In this document: one piece after another, positions 1 through 11,014 of the stretch
Position numbering within the stretch: the stretch's first letter is position 1
Layout of the letters: the number at the start of each line of letters is the position of its first letter
Source of the DNA: Octopus bimaculoides
Lineage: Eukaryota
Length of the DNA stretch: 34,658 bases
Assembly (NCBI RefSeq): GCF_001194135.2
Contig: NC_068981.1
Span: forward strand, 13,078,097 to 13,112,754
Direction of reading: 5' to 3'
The notes under the pieces: generated by a model
The model's database searches: none
Told to the model about the DNA's origin: nothing
The model's input: the letters and a program-made list of their open reading frames with translations, nothing else
Made by a program: the position numbers and the translations under genes

Positions 1-37
<37 letters not shown>

Positions 38-47
38 TATATATATA

Positions 48-658
48 TCTGTCTGTCTTTCTCATTTTTACTCTTGTGAAGGCTTCGTAGCAGGTAGTAG
101 GTAGTAGCAGTCCTAAACGAATATTTGATATGAGGTCTTGGTTTTGATTGTATAAACAGCAGTAGTAAGCAAGAAATGCTTCCACTACAGATGAAACTAC
201 TACAAAGACCTTGGAATAATACCCACGGAAATATTAAAAACAGATATATTCCGAAAGTCACTACCCATCAATTTATTCAGGACAATTCCAATCACTACAA
301 TTACAACCGCAATATGTCACTTTTAGGTCGATTGAACATTTAAGAGGATTCTACCAACATCCTGCTACGGTCATACCACTCCCGTATGTTAGTTTACTTT
401 CCCTTTAGTTTACTATTCCCTCCTCCCCTTCTTCTTCTTCTTCTTCTTCTTCTTCTTCTTCTTCTTCTTCTTCTTCTTCTACTTCCTCCTCCTCCCCATC
501 CCCCTCCTCCCTCTCCTCTTCTTCTTCTGCTTCTTTTTCTTCTTCTACTCCTTCTTCTTCGCCTCCCTCCTCATATCAAATATTCGTTTAGGACCGCTAC
601 TACCTACTACCTGCTACGAAGCGTCCATAAGAGTAAAGAAGAGAGATAGACAGACAGA
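48..658. mobile_element. MITE-like element with ~88-bp terminal inverted repeats
   Basis: 82-135 is the reverse complement of 569-622 (54 bp, 1 mismatch). Looser pairing extends to 48 and 658. The left end abuts (TA)n. The interior has no coding signal and holds a (CTT)n tract. Superfamily not assignable. Confidence 0.6.
428..480. repeat. (CTT)n microsatellite within a longer pyrimidine tract (to ~570)
   Basis: Seen directly. It explains the poly-Leu ORF 386..649. Confidence 0.95.
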
Positions 659-999
659 GAAAAGGAAAATGTGGCTTGCATTTTAAAGCTATGGAAATAT
701 TAAAAAAAAAGATTTCATTCAATTTTTCCACATTTTAATTGTTTTTCATACTTTACTCAAAGCTGAAAAAGTCACAAAGACTGAAACTCATACTAAGATG
801 TTCTTCATTATAAAATTGATTTGGAATATATATATATATATATATATATACATAGATCAGTTAAATAAAGTTAAAACATGGTCTGATTTTCATGTTTTTT
901 TTTATTTCTGGTATTTTGAAAAAAAACTCAAAGTGTCTCTGTCTAATGTTTAACACATTTGAACATTGTAAAAAAAGAATTAAATACACTAATAAAAAA

Positions 1000-1842
1000 T
1001 GTGACAACCAGACCATGTTTTAGCTTTATTCAACTGATATATTATTCTATACATTTACACAAATGCGCATGCGCAAGAAAAATTCGTGCCTGTAGGTTAC
1101 GTCATTCGCCTGCAGTGATGCGTGAGTACAGACGTGAAGTGGGTGCTTTGCGATTTTTCTTCTTGAGTCAAGATGACCGGGCGCATTCAGTAAAAATACT
1201 GTATCAAATTCTTCCAATAATTTGGTTGTACGCTTGCCCACACAATCAAGAAGATTCAGAAGGCCTTTGAAGATGATACTATGGGAGAAACAGAAATAAA
1301 GAAGGGTACAATTGGTTCAAAGATAACCGCACCTTAATAGATAGTAAGCGTAAGCCATGAATATGCACTACAACGCCAGGTATTTAACCACAAATAATAT
1401 CTGGGGGTTCTTCGTCGCCTTCGTAAAGCCGCGCGACGAACACGACCCGACCTGTGTGCAGCAAAGAACGGACAACCTCACCATGACAACGCACCTGCCC
1501 ACTCCACCCATATCGTTTAATTATTCATCTTCAAGCAAATAACACTACTTGTTCATCAAGTTCATACTTCCCAGACTTAGCTCCGTGTTACATTTGGCTA
1601 TTTCCAAAGCTAAAAAAAGCACTCAAAAGGGGAAGATTTGTGTCAACAGTAGACATTAAGCAAACTTTGATGGCACAATTTTACAGCATTCAGAAATGTT
1701 TGCAGCAGTAGGAAGATCGCTGGCAGAAGTGTGTAGACTCCCAAGGGAAATACGTTTAGGGAGGCTAAATCGGAATGGTGAGTTTTAGAATATTACATTT
1801 CTTTGGGCCAGAGGTCGAATTACTTTTTGACTACACATCGTA
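1000..1842 (+). mobile_element. Degenerate, internally deleted mariner transposon
   Basis: From ATG 1173: MTGRIQ*KYCIKFFQ*FG..IQKAFEDDTMGETEIK/YNWFKDNRT (mariner HTH). Then YLGVLRRLRKAARRTRPDL..HHDNAPAHS, a YSPDLAP-like PDLAPC..LFPKLKK segment, and QKCVDSQGKY ending ~1768. The second HTH and first catalytic Asp region are missing. A mariner-type 3' TIR (TTACTTTTTGACTACACATCG, 1820-1840) is followed by TA. The 5' TIR is not clearly identifiable, so the start is approximate. Confidence 0.9.
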
Positions 1843-1900
1843 TATATATATATATATATATNNNNNNNNNNTTAGTATAACACTCGGGAATAGAAAAAGT

Positions 1901-1936
1901 CTTTAACGTTTCAAGCCTATGCTCTTCAACAGAAAG
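1901..1936 (-). ncRNA. Minimal type I hammerhead-like motif with variant core (CUGUUGA)
   Basis: Minus strand reads CTTT-CTGTTGA-A-GAGC ATAG GCTT-GAAA-CG-TT/AAAG. Stem I is CTTT:AAAG, stem III is the ACGT palindrome, and the putative site is GUU (1905/1904). The A6 position is U and stem II has one wobble. Confidence 0.5.
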
Positions 1937-2154
1937 GAACACAGAAACGAACAAGGAGAGACACAAGGAGGGAAAAACATATATATACGGCAAAAAGTAA
2001 ATGGAGGAGATAGAAAAATGACATACATCAGGCGGTAGACATTATATTATGTCTATTTATTACAAACAAATGCGAGTATTATAAGAATAGATACACATTC
2101 AAAGACTGTGTGCTACACAAATATATACTAGAAATGCATAAAAGATTAAAATAT

Positions 2155-2218
2155 CAGTTCGTTACGGCCATTTCTGCCAGGAGGCCACAATACCCTCCAT
2201 GCTATCTTCAGTGTTCTG
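2155..2218 (-). ncRNA. Hammerhead motif with intact core boxes but poor stem I
   Basis: Minus strand reads CTGAAGA-TAGCATGGAGG GTATTGTGG CCTCCTGGCA-GAAA-TGGCCG-TA. Stem II contains GGAGG:CCTCC, stem III is near-palindromic, and the site is GUA (2163/2162). The flanks (CAGAACA / ACGAACTG) pair only distally. Confidence 0.5.
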
Positions 2219-3150
2219 TAGGGATGGATAGATAGAGTTTGAATGTTGAGTGTGCCTCTAGCCTTCGTCAGAGGGTCTAAATATTTAGGAGAGCCGATAC
2301 ATACAAGACTCAGTTATTAATAGGTACATTACATTTTTCTTATTGAAGAGTGGATAAGAACAGGAGCAAGACTTAGAGTGTGAGAGGAGCAAAATTTAGT
2401 AAAATGGATAAGGTATAGGAAAGATAAATAAGTCATAAACTTCAAGCGTTGACTTCCAAGATTCATATATATATATATATGTATATATATGCTTTTGTGT
2501 GCACGTGTGTGTCTGTGTGCGCGCGCGTTATGTGTTCGGGTGTGTGTGCTTATATGCGTGTGTCCATATCTATTCCAGTGTATGTATCATACGTTATTCA
2601 TGGAATATTGTAAACAAAATATACAAATCTAATGTTGAATCATTTATTCAGTATTAATAGTAATATTTTGTGTTTCTAGGTAGTTTTATTTCATAGTATA
2701 TTCATGTTTTCTAAAACATTTATTTGGTAATTTAATAATCTACATTAATAAATTTAGCTTAATGTTCATCTTTACACCTTTACATTAAAAGTTGTTTTAC
2801 AGCTTGTATATTGAAACTTCCGACACTCTTAACGGGTTGCTTATTAGACATATATATTAGTATAACAGCAGAGAAAGACGCCAAGTGAATTGATATAAAT
2901 GTTGCATGAAGATTATATTTTCGCCTAACCGTTATGTAAAGACATTTCCTGAAGACAGTTACGTAATGATTCATGTGAATCATAGCCTTATATTCTAAAT
3001 TACGACCACGAAATGTGATAATTCGGAGTTTTCTGTTCGTCCTTATTCAATTCAAGCAACTAAACAGAGGGCTAGAGAAAACAATGAAAGCGTTACTGCT
3101 CTACACATATTATGATAAATATACATATTTCTTTCGCAGATTTTGTGTGC

Positions 3151-3527
3151 ATGTTGTTGGCACTCCTTCGCTTACGACGTCGAGAGTTCCAGTTGATCCG
3201 ATCAACTGAGCAACCAGCTCGTGAAATTAGCGTGCAAGTGACTGAACACTCCACAGACACGCGCACCTTTAACGTTGTTCTCGGGGATATTCAGCGTGAC
3301 ACAGTGTGACAAGGCTGACCCTTCGAATACAGGCACAGCAGAAACAGGAAGACAGAGTGAGAGAAGGTTGTGGTATAGCAGGGTTCGCCACCATCCCCAT
3401 GCCGGAGCCTCGTGGAACTTTAGGTGTTTTTGCTCAATAAACACTCACAACACCCGGTCTGGGATTCGAAACCGTGATCCTATGACCGCGAGTCCGCTAC
3501 CCTAACTACTGGGCCATTGCGCCTCCA
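3151..3527 (-). mobile_element. tRNA-derived SINE, near full length (family A)
   Basis: Minus-strand head GGAGGCGCAATGGCCCAGTAGTTAGGG (A box) and GGTTTCGAATCCC (B box). The tail ends in ...GGAGTGCCAACAACAT. Matches my recollection of an abundant octopus SINE. Confidence 0.85.
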
Positions 3528-3954
3528 CTTTGTGTGCATATAGCGGTTAGAATTATAATAGATTAGTCATGGTTATTAAGTAAAACATTAACGATACACC
3601 TTCCTATTTGCCCAATGGCAAACTAAATATTTCATGAGTATGCGTGATTGCAGAAGATATTAGGAATAAAACAACGATACTTACAATGTCATGGTGTTTC
3701 CGAAAGCACTCGATTGACCCGAATCGACAATAGTGCCGAATATCGTTTGGAACAGTTGTATAGGTTTCAATCAAAGGAGATATTATGTAAAAAGATTCCA
3801 AGTTAAAATAATTCAGTATTTCTATAGGGGTAGTATACGCAAAGCTGCAGTGTGCATAAGAGCATTTTGAGATAGAAAGAGTGAAGATATTTACCACCAT
3901 ACACATAGAGTAGTTGTCTCCGAGAAAGTATGTACGGTACATTAGGTTCAAACT

Positions 3955-4042
3955 GTGTAGTACACGTTGGCTTCCCAACCACATGGTTTCAGATTCAGTT
4001 CCACTATGTGGTCCTTTATGCAAGTGATTTCTATTATAGCAT
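3955..4042 (+). mobile_element. Truncated SINE head (family B)
   Basis: CTTCCCAACCACATGGTTTCAGATTCAGTTCCACTATGTGG..GCAAGTG..TTCTATTATAGC aligns with the head of the 15496 copy. Confidence 0.75.
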
Positions 4043-4929
4043 TGGCTATATGGGTAGTATACGCAAGCCTGTAGAACGCATAAGATTTTGAGACGCAAAC
4101 TTGTGGTTTCAAAGGGCTTCATTGGTGAGATATTAAGCGACTTTTTCAATGAAATCGCTTTGCTTTGGAATAATGTGAACGTTATACCCTTCTCACAAAT
4201 ATCGAGCGCTCTACTCAAGCGTCAGATATATTTCAAATACTACAAAATTAGAAGTATTTCGCATTTAATTTTCTGAACCGGAATATAGGAAACACAAAAT
4301 TCACATCACAGAGCATGGAAGTGACATGGATACCTTAAGGCAATTTAGTAGTTTGGAAATCATTTTCACTTCTCTGCCTTTAATACGGAATATCATCACG
4401 AGTGTAAAGTGAGAAAATACCAAGGGAAATATAGCATAATGAATAAAGCTCCTTCCCGAGTCCGGCACCCTAAATACTGAGACACACACATACCTCCACA
4501 ATGGATACACACACAAACACACACACATGCAAACGCACGCACACGCACACATACACACACACACAACCTATCGCTAACGAAAATCTAATCCTTCCCTATA
4601 AATATAGGAAAAGAGCGACTGACTGGCATTTCAATTAGTCCGCCGGCTGAACAAAATTCCCCTTGTATAAAACAAAAGAGTATATTCAAATAGCTATCTA
4701 TCTATCAAAGATAATGTTAATAATATATCGCAAAAACCAAGTTTACTGCCGCATTTAATGATCAACAAGGATTCCCACCTCACTCGTCACTACACCCGAC
4801 ATTTTTCGTTTGCTTCTCAAATGGTTTGCTTCTAAAGCTCACTATATGCATATGACATTCGTTTCTCCGGACTAATCCCACAATGAATGTACTTTCTCAA
4901 AATCTATGATACGCAAACGTGAACATGTA

Positions 4930-4965
<36 letters not shown>

Positions 4966-6346
4966 TATGTGTGAGTGTGTGCGTCTGTCTGTATATGCAC
5001 ATATGTATACACACACACATATATATGCATATGTATACGCATGCGGATTATACACCATTACATCCGGCATGTATACTTTAGAAAATGATGTGCTTTATTT
5101 AAGATGTTATATTATGATTTTATGACAAACTTACCACATTTCTGATAAAAAGTGCATTACATATATCATAAAGTATAACGGGCAGATTGTTCCCCAATCA
5201 TTCTATTCATGGCAGAGATCTACAGGGAACACTTCCAAGATATGTTTAGTATTTTCTACAAATTTATCGATCAATTATATATTAAAATATATGAGAAGAT
5301 ATATTTGTTTATGTTGCAATTAAGTTAGTTCTGAATTGCGATGCTCTTTTATAGAACACTATATTACAGAATGACATTTATATTGAGATTATTACTCTGT
5401 GGGTCTTCACACGTAATTCCACAAGGTTGAAAATGTCATATTAGACGCAGTAGATTATAAAAATGAATGAGAAGCGTATCGAGACTGAAAATCCATTAAG
5501 AAAATTTGTTATTGATGTCTTTCTGTTAAATAGACACATAATAAATGTTATTCCCTAGATATCTCTACCATACTGACAAACATCAAATTCTTCTAACTTA
5601 TGAGAATTGAATAGAAACATAACACGATATGCCTTTATAGACAGAATTGGCGCCAATAACATATGAAAGGCCAGTAATTTTGTATCGCTTTGGCGACAAA
5701 TTGTCAAAATTTCATTACACAGAATGTTTTACCGATCGCATTCAGGTCGGTCCAAGTGTGACACGGAGAAGCAGTAGTCTGAGCAAATGTCTTAAACGTA
5801 AATAGAATTTATGCTGCTATCGTTAACAATTTCATATGCCTAAATCGAAATAAGATGTCTGCTTAAATTGTATGCTATGTTATATCTCTTAACTTCGACC
5901 TTACTAATCAGTTTCGCACTAACTATTCAACCAGGTGTTGAACAACACCTGGGTTGTATAACATTATGTGCTCGTCAAAGCTACATAGTATGGACAAATA
6001 TGGCGACTATTTTATTTACTTATTTATTGAGGTAGAAATGCACATCCAATTCGTGAGTTCTGTGAAAAAAGACGAAATGATACGAGCAAGCGTTATATCA
6101 AGAATTATGTCTCTTGACACCAAACAGCTCTAAGAAGTTGTAAGTGAAAGTTTTCTGGAAATGTGTATAGCGGCTGGTAATCGTGTAGAATTATTACATG
6201 CTTAGAGGTTTTGGTAAAGATGGGGTGGTGGGTGGTTGTCCAATCGCTTAACCCCATGTTACAGCACATACGTACCTTTGTGTACCTTTCTGTGTTTTGA
6301 TTAAACTCGATGTAGTGTTCGGGTAGGACTTGAATGTATACATATA

Positions 6347-6677
6347 CAGTAGAACCTGACTTTACGATTGTCTCACTGTACTAGTAATTTGATGTACGAG
6401 TCAACACTCATCCTTGTTGAAGGTAAATCTGTTAATAAAACCAGTTTACATATTTCTTTTGCATTCTCTTTTTTTTTATAATTGTGATTTTACTTCTAAC
6501 TACACTATTTCTGTGTTAAAACCCATAAAAAATTATATTTCAGTGGTTTTGGGGGGCTGGAACGGGGTAATTATATTTTAGTTCATTTCAATGACGAAAA
6601 TTGAATTGCAAAACGAGTAAATTGTAAGACGAGCTCTGTCGTAGAACTAATTAAACTCGTACTGCGAGGTATCACTG
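6347..6677. mobile_element. pogo/Tigger-like MITE (331 bp)
   Basis: TA at 6345-46 and at 6678-79. The ends CAGTAGAACCTGACTTTACGA and (reverse complement) CAGTGATACCTCGCAGTACGA fit the Tigger TIR pattern. The internal GGGGGCTGGAACGG..GAGCTC..TAATTAAACTCGT segment is typical of Tigger-type 3' ends. Confidence 0.7.
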
Positions 6678-8048
6678 TACTACGTATTTGCAATTTTTTA
6701 GAGAGATGGTGATGCATATGTATATGAGAATTCTTTTGTATACGTTTTGGTTAAACTCCGTCCTGACTTCCCAGGATATAGCGTTTTAAGAGCCAAATGT
6801 GAGAACCGGTAGTTATTGTCACAATAGGACCCTTATGTACGATAAAATATTATTTCTTTCATATGGACACGGACTTAAAATCTCACTTCTACAATTTGAA
6901 AAGTTGTTTACGTACCGAGTGTTCTTTAATATGGTTCTTTACTCGGCTAAATATAATCTATGTTTTCTGTATCCTGTGTATTAATGATCTGCACATAAGT
7001 GGTATTTCGTTATACAAACATAATATACTATAACATATATCAAATGTCTTTTTATAAGTCAATACCACGTTCTACATCCTTAGCAGTGTTTTTACATTAT
7101 TTTGTTAAGGTTATTTCTACAGATACTCTACAGGAATTATAGACAGCACAGGTTTTTGCTACAATGTTTCGTATCTAGACGTCAGCATAATTATGCTTTA
7201 AAAAAGCCTTTTTAACTTTCTCTTATATATCAAAGTACCCCCAGTTTTATGGTTTAAGTTTATTCATATATCATTTTGCCTCTACATATTTCTAAACTCC
7301 ATTTCTAAATTTTAACTACATTTTCATAGTTGAGATATACTTCGCTGCCCTCAGTTTTAACTCCTACCCTTAAGGCTTCTGGCCTCTTCTTGTTTATACA
7401 CGTTATACCGTTTTTGTTTAATAATCTAAATATGTCTAACGACTCCCTTCCTCACTCTAGGTATCACTTCCCTCTCCTGACATCCTATTATTAGAAGGTC
7501 TCTGATCTATTTTTTATGTGGATTAGGCTACACGTTTGGTCACAATAAAATAAAGTGGTCCTGGGGTGGGTATCTGACATTTAATTGATTTATCACCACC
7601 AGCTGGAACTTAACTGTCAACTCACAATGGGCTTGATTCTTAAGAGTTGGAGACAATATGCCGCCAAAAATAGTAGAAATCAAATAATGCCGAACTATCT
7701 CTCTTTTTCTCATTCTTAACTCCCCTGTGCTACTCTAAATCATAGTAATTATGCATTATTTACTAAATTTCATTCTGCCACGAAAGTGCCAAAGAGTAAC
7801 AACGTAATTATTTTGGTTGCTAGTGCTTTGATGCAAGTTGCTCGAAAAAAAAAAAAAAAGATTTGTTCTTTATACTGGAAATCTATATGGTTGGGTTCGT
7901 CCGTGGAGAGCGGTTTACTTCATATTAATGCAATGTTTTCATTGATCGATTAAATGGAGCAGCTTGAAACGGCCGTAATGCGCTGACACCTAGAAAGCCT
8001 TGTTACTTATTTGCTCTCTCTCTCTCTTTCTGTCTCTCTCTCTCTCTC

Positions 8049-8080
<32 letters not shown>

Positions 8081-8174
8081 NNNNNNNNNNNNNNNNNNNN
8101 NNNNNNNNNNNNNNNNNNNNNNNNNNNNNNNNNNNNNNNNNNNNNNNNNNNNNNNNNNNNNNNNNNNNNNNNNN

Positions 8175-8240
<66 letters not shown>

Positions 8241-9483
8241 ATGTGTGCATTGACCTGAGCATACGTCTGTATTAATTTAAAGAAATACGTATATCAAACT
8301 GGTTATAAAGAACATGTTTAAGAAGCTTATAAATAATGACGACAGGCAGAACACAAAGTATATGAAGGGTACAATAATCATGAGTGTAATTTTACGGAAC
8401 CATCATCAAAATGAGTAAAGCTATAAAAGATCATACTTGCTTTACCACACATAAATAATCTTCTGTGGAAATTGTATTAGTCAAGAAAATCCTGAATATT
8501 ACACTCTATGTAAAGGATATGCAATTTGTACCCCAGCCAAAATTGCCCGCTACGATACATACCATATCGAGCAATGATTTTAACAATCACATTTCGACTT
8601 ATAATATATTCTGAAATAATAAAACACTGGAAAGGAAGGTCCAGTTATTGTGTCAAGTTAAATGACATTGTCAAGAACCTTGTCACATCTAGACAAGAAT
8701 ATATAAATAGCTATACATGCAAAATGCTTCAAAGTGAATCTTTTGTAGGGACTTCTTGAACGACCTAATAAATATCATGGGAATACAGTAGACATATCTT
8801 AAACTCTGTTGTTCAAAGCTCTTTTTGACAACGTGCACTATTGCTGTGTGAATATATTAGTTACAAACGCGGATATATGCCCATTCAGTTTGAAAAATGT
8901 TAACCATCTATTTCCTGATCGCTCTCAGATTACAAGAAGAGTATTCCCTGTTTAAATAATAACATTATATGTATTATTAATGGCATCATAAACTCGCTGC
9001 ATTTGAACAGAGAGGCTGCTTGGATGAATAATATTTGCGAACCCTTTCGTGCTTGCATTGAGCCTTTCAACGCTGTAGATATTGAAAATGTAGTATATGT
9101 CTGTTAAACGTTTCGTCATACTCATAGCATACTTTACGACCTGAAAGCGAGAAAGAATGAGAGAGAGAAAAAGACAGAAAGAGAGATAAAGAAAGTGAGA
9201 GAAAGAGTGACAGAGAGAGAGAGGTACATAGATGGTATCTCGTATTTTTCAGTTAATATTAATGATCACAAATTAGAGACTTTTAGTAAGTACTTCATCG
9301 TTACTTTAGAAGAATTATGACATAATATTGCTGAATATTTATTCAAGTATGCAGTAATATTATGTCATAATTCTTGAAATGACATGCCAAACGTTTAGAT
9401 ACCACGTTGGATCATTAGATATTCAATGAATCAATAATAAATTCTGTAGGGTATTGAATGATCAATGTTTTGGTTTTGCCTAT

Positions 9484-9650
9484 AGATGCTGGAGTGGCTG
9501 TGCGGTAGAAAGCTAATTTCCCGACAAAATAATCTCGTATTCAGTGGAACTTTGTGCAAATGTCTTCTACTATAGCCGTGGGTGGACCAAAGCATCGTGA
9601 GCGCAGATTTTGCAGATGGAAACAGAAAGAATCCCGTGTGCGTGTGTATG
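9484..9650 (+). mobile_element. Degenerate 5' part of SINE (family B)
   Basis: GGAGTGGCTGTGCGGTAG..GCAAATGTCTTCTACTATAGCC..GACCAAAGC..GATGGAAACAGAAAGAATCCCG followed by a (TG)n tract, as in the 15496 copy. Confidence 0.75.
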
Positions 9651-9772
9651 TGTGTGTGCGTGTTGTGTGTGCGTGTTGTGTGTGTGAGCTGATATTGCTA
9701 GGCAGTCGGAATAAACGTGGGCTGGTGCCCAGCTTGGTCACAACGCGTGAGCTAAAGCGAGTTTAATTCAAT

Positions 9773-9809
<37 letters not shown>

Positions 9810-10285
9810 NNNNNNNNNNNNNNNNNNNNNNNNNNNNNNNNNNNNNNNNNNNNNNNNNNNNNNNNNNNNNNNNNNNNNNNNNNNNNNNNNNNNNNNNNNN
9901 NNNNNNNNNNNNNNNNNNNNNNNNNNNNNNNNNNNNNNNNNNNNNNNNNNNNNNNNNNNNNNNNNNNNNNNNNNNNNNNNNNNNNNNNNNNNNNNNNNNN
10001 NNNNNNNNNNNNNNNNNNNNNNNNNNNNNNNNNNNNNNNNNNNNNNNNNNNNNNNNNNNNNNNNNNNNNNNNNNNNNNNNNNNNNNNNNNNNNNNNNNNN
10101 NNNNNNNNNNNNNNNNNNNNNNNNNNNNNNNNNNNNNNNNNNNNNNNNNNNNNNNNNNNNNNNNNNNNNNNNNNNNNNNNNNNNNNNNNNNNNNNNNNNN
10201 NNNNNNNNNNNNNNNNNNNNNNNNNNNNNNNNNNNNNNNNNNNNNNNNNNAAAACCTTATTTTGTACAAAATTGTATAATATCTT

Positions 10286-10341
<56 letters not shown>

Positions 10342-10378
10342 TGTGTGCGTGTGTGTGCGTGCGTGGTGTGTGTGTGTT

Positions 10379-10413
<35 letters not shown>

Positions 10414-10488
10414 GTGCTCAAAAAAAAATTAACAGAATGAGATCAAAATCCAATGCTGTGAAGAATTTCAGAACATTTATAAATTGAA

Positions 10489-10538
10489 GGGCTTACAGCT
10501 GTGTCCGTGATATTTATTATATCCCTTCATCGGAGACG
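10489..10538 (-). ncRNA. Mutated hammerhead copy in the left arm of the foldback
   Basis: Minus strand reads CGTCT-CCGATGA-A-GGGATAT AATAA ATATCAC-G-GACA-CAGCTG-TA-AGCCC. The GAAA box is changed to GACA and stem I is damaged, so it is probably inactive. Confidence 0.55.
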
Positions 10539-11011
10539 GTGTGAGAAGATGGTTCAGCAATAGTTATTCTAGATAAGATATGAAATACAAAGTGAAGTAC
10601 AGGAATGAAAACAGATGTGAGCTATGCAGGGATATTGTATCTACCGTTCCATTATTTAGGCAGAATGGTATACATATAAGATCCCTGTACCTTGCGTGTA
10701 AGTTCCAATAGTATTTAAAATTGGTCATTCCAAGCGTAGAATTTGTAAACGGTGTTATTGAATCGAGGCTTTTTTGGGGCATGGAGTAATACTATTGAAA
10801 CTTAGACACAACGTACAGGAATCTTATATGTATACCATTCTGCCTAAATAATGGAACTGAAGGTACAATATCCCTGCGTATCTCAGGTATGCTTTCATTT
10901 CTTCACTGCACTGTTTATTCCATATCTTCTCTAGAATAAATATTGCTTCAACTCTCTCTCGCACCGTCTCCGATGAAGGGATATATAAAATATCCCGGAA
11001 ACAGCTGTAAG
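10492..11011. mobile_element. Foldback element: two ~224-bp inverted arms around a 72-bp spacer, with a hammerhead at each outer end
   Basis: 10492-10715 is the reverse complement of 10788-11011 with scattered mismatches, including long identical runs such as GTTCCATTATTTAGGCAGAATGGTATACATATAAGAT and ATATCCCTTCATCGGAGACGGTG. Confidence 0.85.
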
Positions 11012-11014
11012 ACG
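10965..11014 (+). ncRNA. Type I hammerhead with variant CCGAUGA core
   Basis: CGTCT-CCGATGA-A-GGGATAT ATAAA ATATCCC-G-GAAA-CAGCTG-TA/AGACG. Stem I is a perfect 5 bp, stem II is 7 bp, stem III is the palindrome ACAGCTGT, and the site is GUA (11009/11010). Confidence 0.7.

Larger units (their letters stand above)
1872..2400 (-). mobile_element. Hammerhead-bearing repeat fragment, probably Penelope-like pLTR-derived
   Basis: Carries two hammerhead motifs (1901-1936, 2155-2218) and an orphan CTGACGAAGG box (~2261-2270), all on the minus strand. The context resembles the pyrimidine-rich flank of the 30187 motif. No ORF. Boundaries approximate. Confidence 0.45.

Noticed and set aside
2949-3020. 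CTGAAGA..CGTAAT:ATTACG stem..GAAATGTGATA hammerhead-like motif
   Set aside because: The base of stem II and stem I do not pair. Possibly a decayed copy, but not supportable alone.
3440-3527. tRNA-like A/B boxes (also at 15496 and ~13000)
   Set aside because: These are SINE heads continuing into SINE bodies, not tRNA genes. No rRNA or CRISPR array was seen anywhere.
7000-7560. Possible restriction-like endonuclease (REL) domain remnant of a non-LTR element on the minus strand (RDLLII..K..Y..LGVL)
   Set aside because: Resemblance is too weak with many stops. A profile search is needed.
7940-7982. TGATCGA..GAAACGGCCGTA motif
   Set aside because: The palindromic stem III and GUA are suggestive, but the first core box and stem II are broken.
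8929-9100. Plus-strand acceptor followed by a 57-codon open frame
   Set aside because: Within chance expectation, with no strong donor and no homology recognised.
9104-9132. Minus-strand CTATGA-GTATGAC-GAAACGTT
   Set aside because: G5 is missing and stem I is not formed. At best a remnant.
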